Shown here: positions 63,876 to 64,000 of the stretch, in pieces
Layout: each line of letters opens with the position of its first letter
How positions within the stretch are numbered: position 1 is the first letter of the stretch
Assembly (NCBI GenBank): GCA_035480035.1
Contig: DATIID010000008.1
Location: 9,721 to 73,720, forward strand
Direction of reading: 5' to 3'
From: Candidatus Saccharimonadales bacterium
Lineage (GTDB): Bacteria; Patescibacteriota; Saccharimonadia; Saccharimonadales; OMJO01
Length of the DNA stretch: 64,000 nucleotides
Made by a program: the position numbers and the translations under genes
The notes under the pieces: generated by a model
Database searches by the model: none
What the model was told of the DNA's origin: nothing
The model's input: the letters and a program-made list of their open reading frames with translations, nothing else

Positions 63876-64000
63876 ATGATTTTAGACAAGTATGAACAAA
63901 CTTTACTTAACGGCTGGGAGGATACCCATAAGCAAAGCCAGCTGACTCTATGGATCATGTTGGCACTTAAGCATGGGCCCAAGCACATGAATGCAATCAA
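63876..64000 (+). CDS. N-terminal fragment of a possible PadR-like winged-helix regulator (runs off the window)
   Basis: Not in the ORF track. From the ATG at 63876 it reads MILDKYEQTLLNGWEDTHKQSQLTLWIMLALKHGPKHMNAI. The L-x-L-x-I-L-x-L-x3-P-x-H/Y pattern resembles PadR N-termini. Confidence 0.35.
   Translation, partial: MILDKYEQTLLNGWEDTHKQSQLTLWIMLALKHGPKHMNAI

Overview
This is a 64-kb chromosomal window from a small-genome bacterium using the standard genetic code (long ORFs end in TGA/TAA/TAG, and there are several ATGA start/stop overlaps). GC is moderate and roughly 70% of genes lie on the minus strand. I support about 85 CDS and one tRNA, tRNA-Ser(CGA). I saw no rRNA, CRISPR array, transposase, integrase or phage genes.

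The core genes are rpsF-ssb, ftsK, RNase J, family-4 UDG, pnp, rpsO, truB, rpsT, holA, mutM, polA, rpoD, dnaG, orn, msrB, mscL, argS, groES/groEL (with a CIRCE operator), murE, tsaD and valS.

Several properties fit a CPR/Patescibacteria organism, probably Saccharibacteria-like. This assignment is inference only.
- Intergenic spacers are tiny.
- Archaeal-type enzymes are present: a CarS/DUF46 homolog, a bifunctional PGI/PMI and a UPF0200-like kinase.
- No biosynthetic pathways are apparent.
- There are many short orphan membrane-anchored or disordered proteins.

Most interesting observations:
1. A translationally coupled three-gene lipid head-group module: CDP-alcohol phosphatidyltransferase, PHP phosphoesterase and an archaeal-type CDP-archaeol-synthase homolog.
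2. An accessory block with an actinobacterial flavour: LmbE/PIG-L deacetylase, a mycothiol-type DinB protein, an acyl-ACP desaturase and a 2OG oxygenase.
3. A recurrent geometry of a -10 hexamer 6-9 nt upstream of the start codon at a dozen or more genes, implying widespread leaderless transcripts.
4. A 252-nt structured region upstream of valS carrying its own promoter-like and terminator-like signals.
5. A catalytically degenerate DHH (NrnA-like) protein fused to a roughly 370-aa proline-rich tail.
6. An XRE-HTH::HAD fusion protein.
7. An orphan pair that includes a possible split-motif JAB/MPN-like protein.
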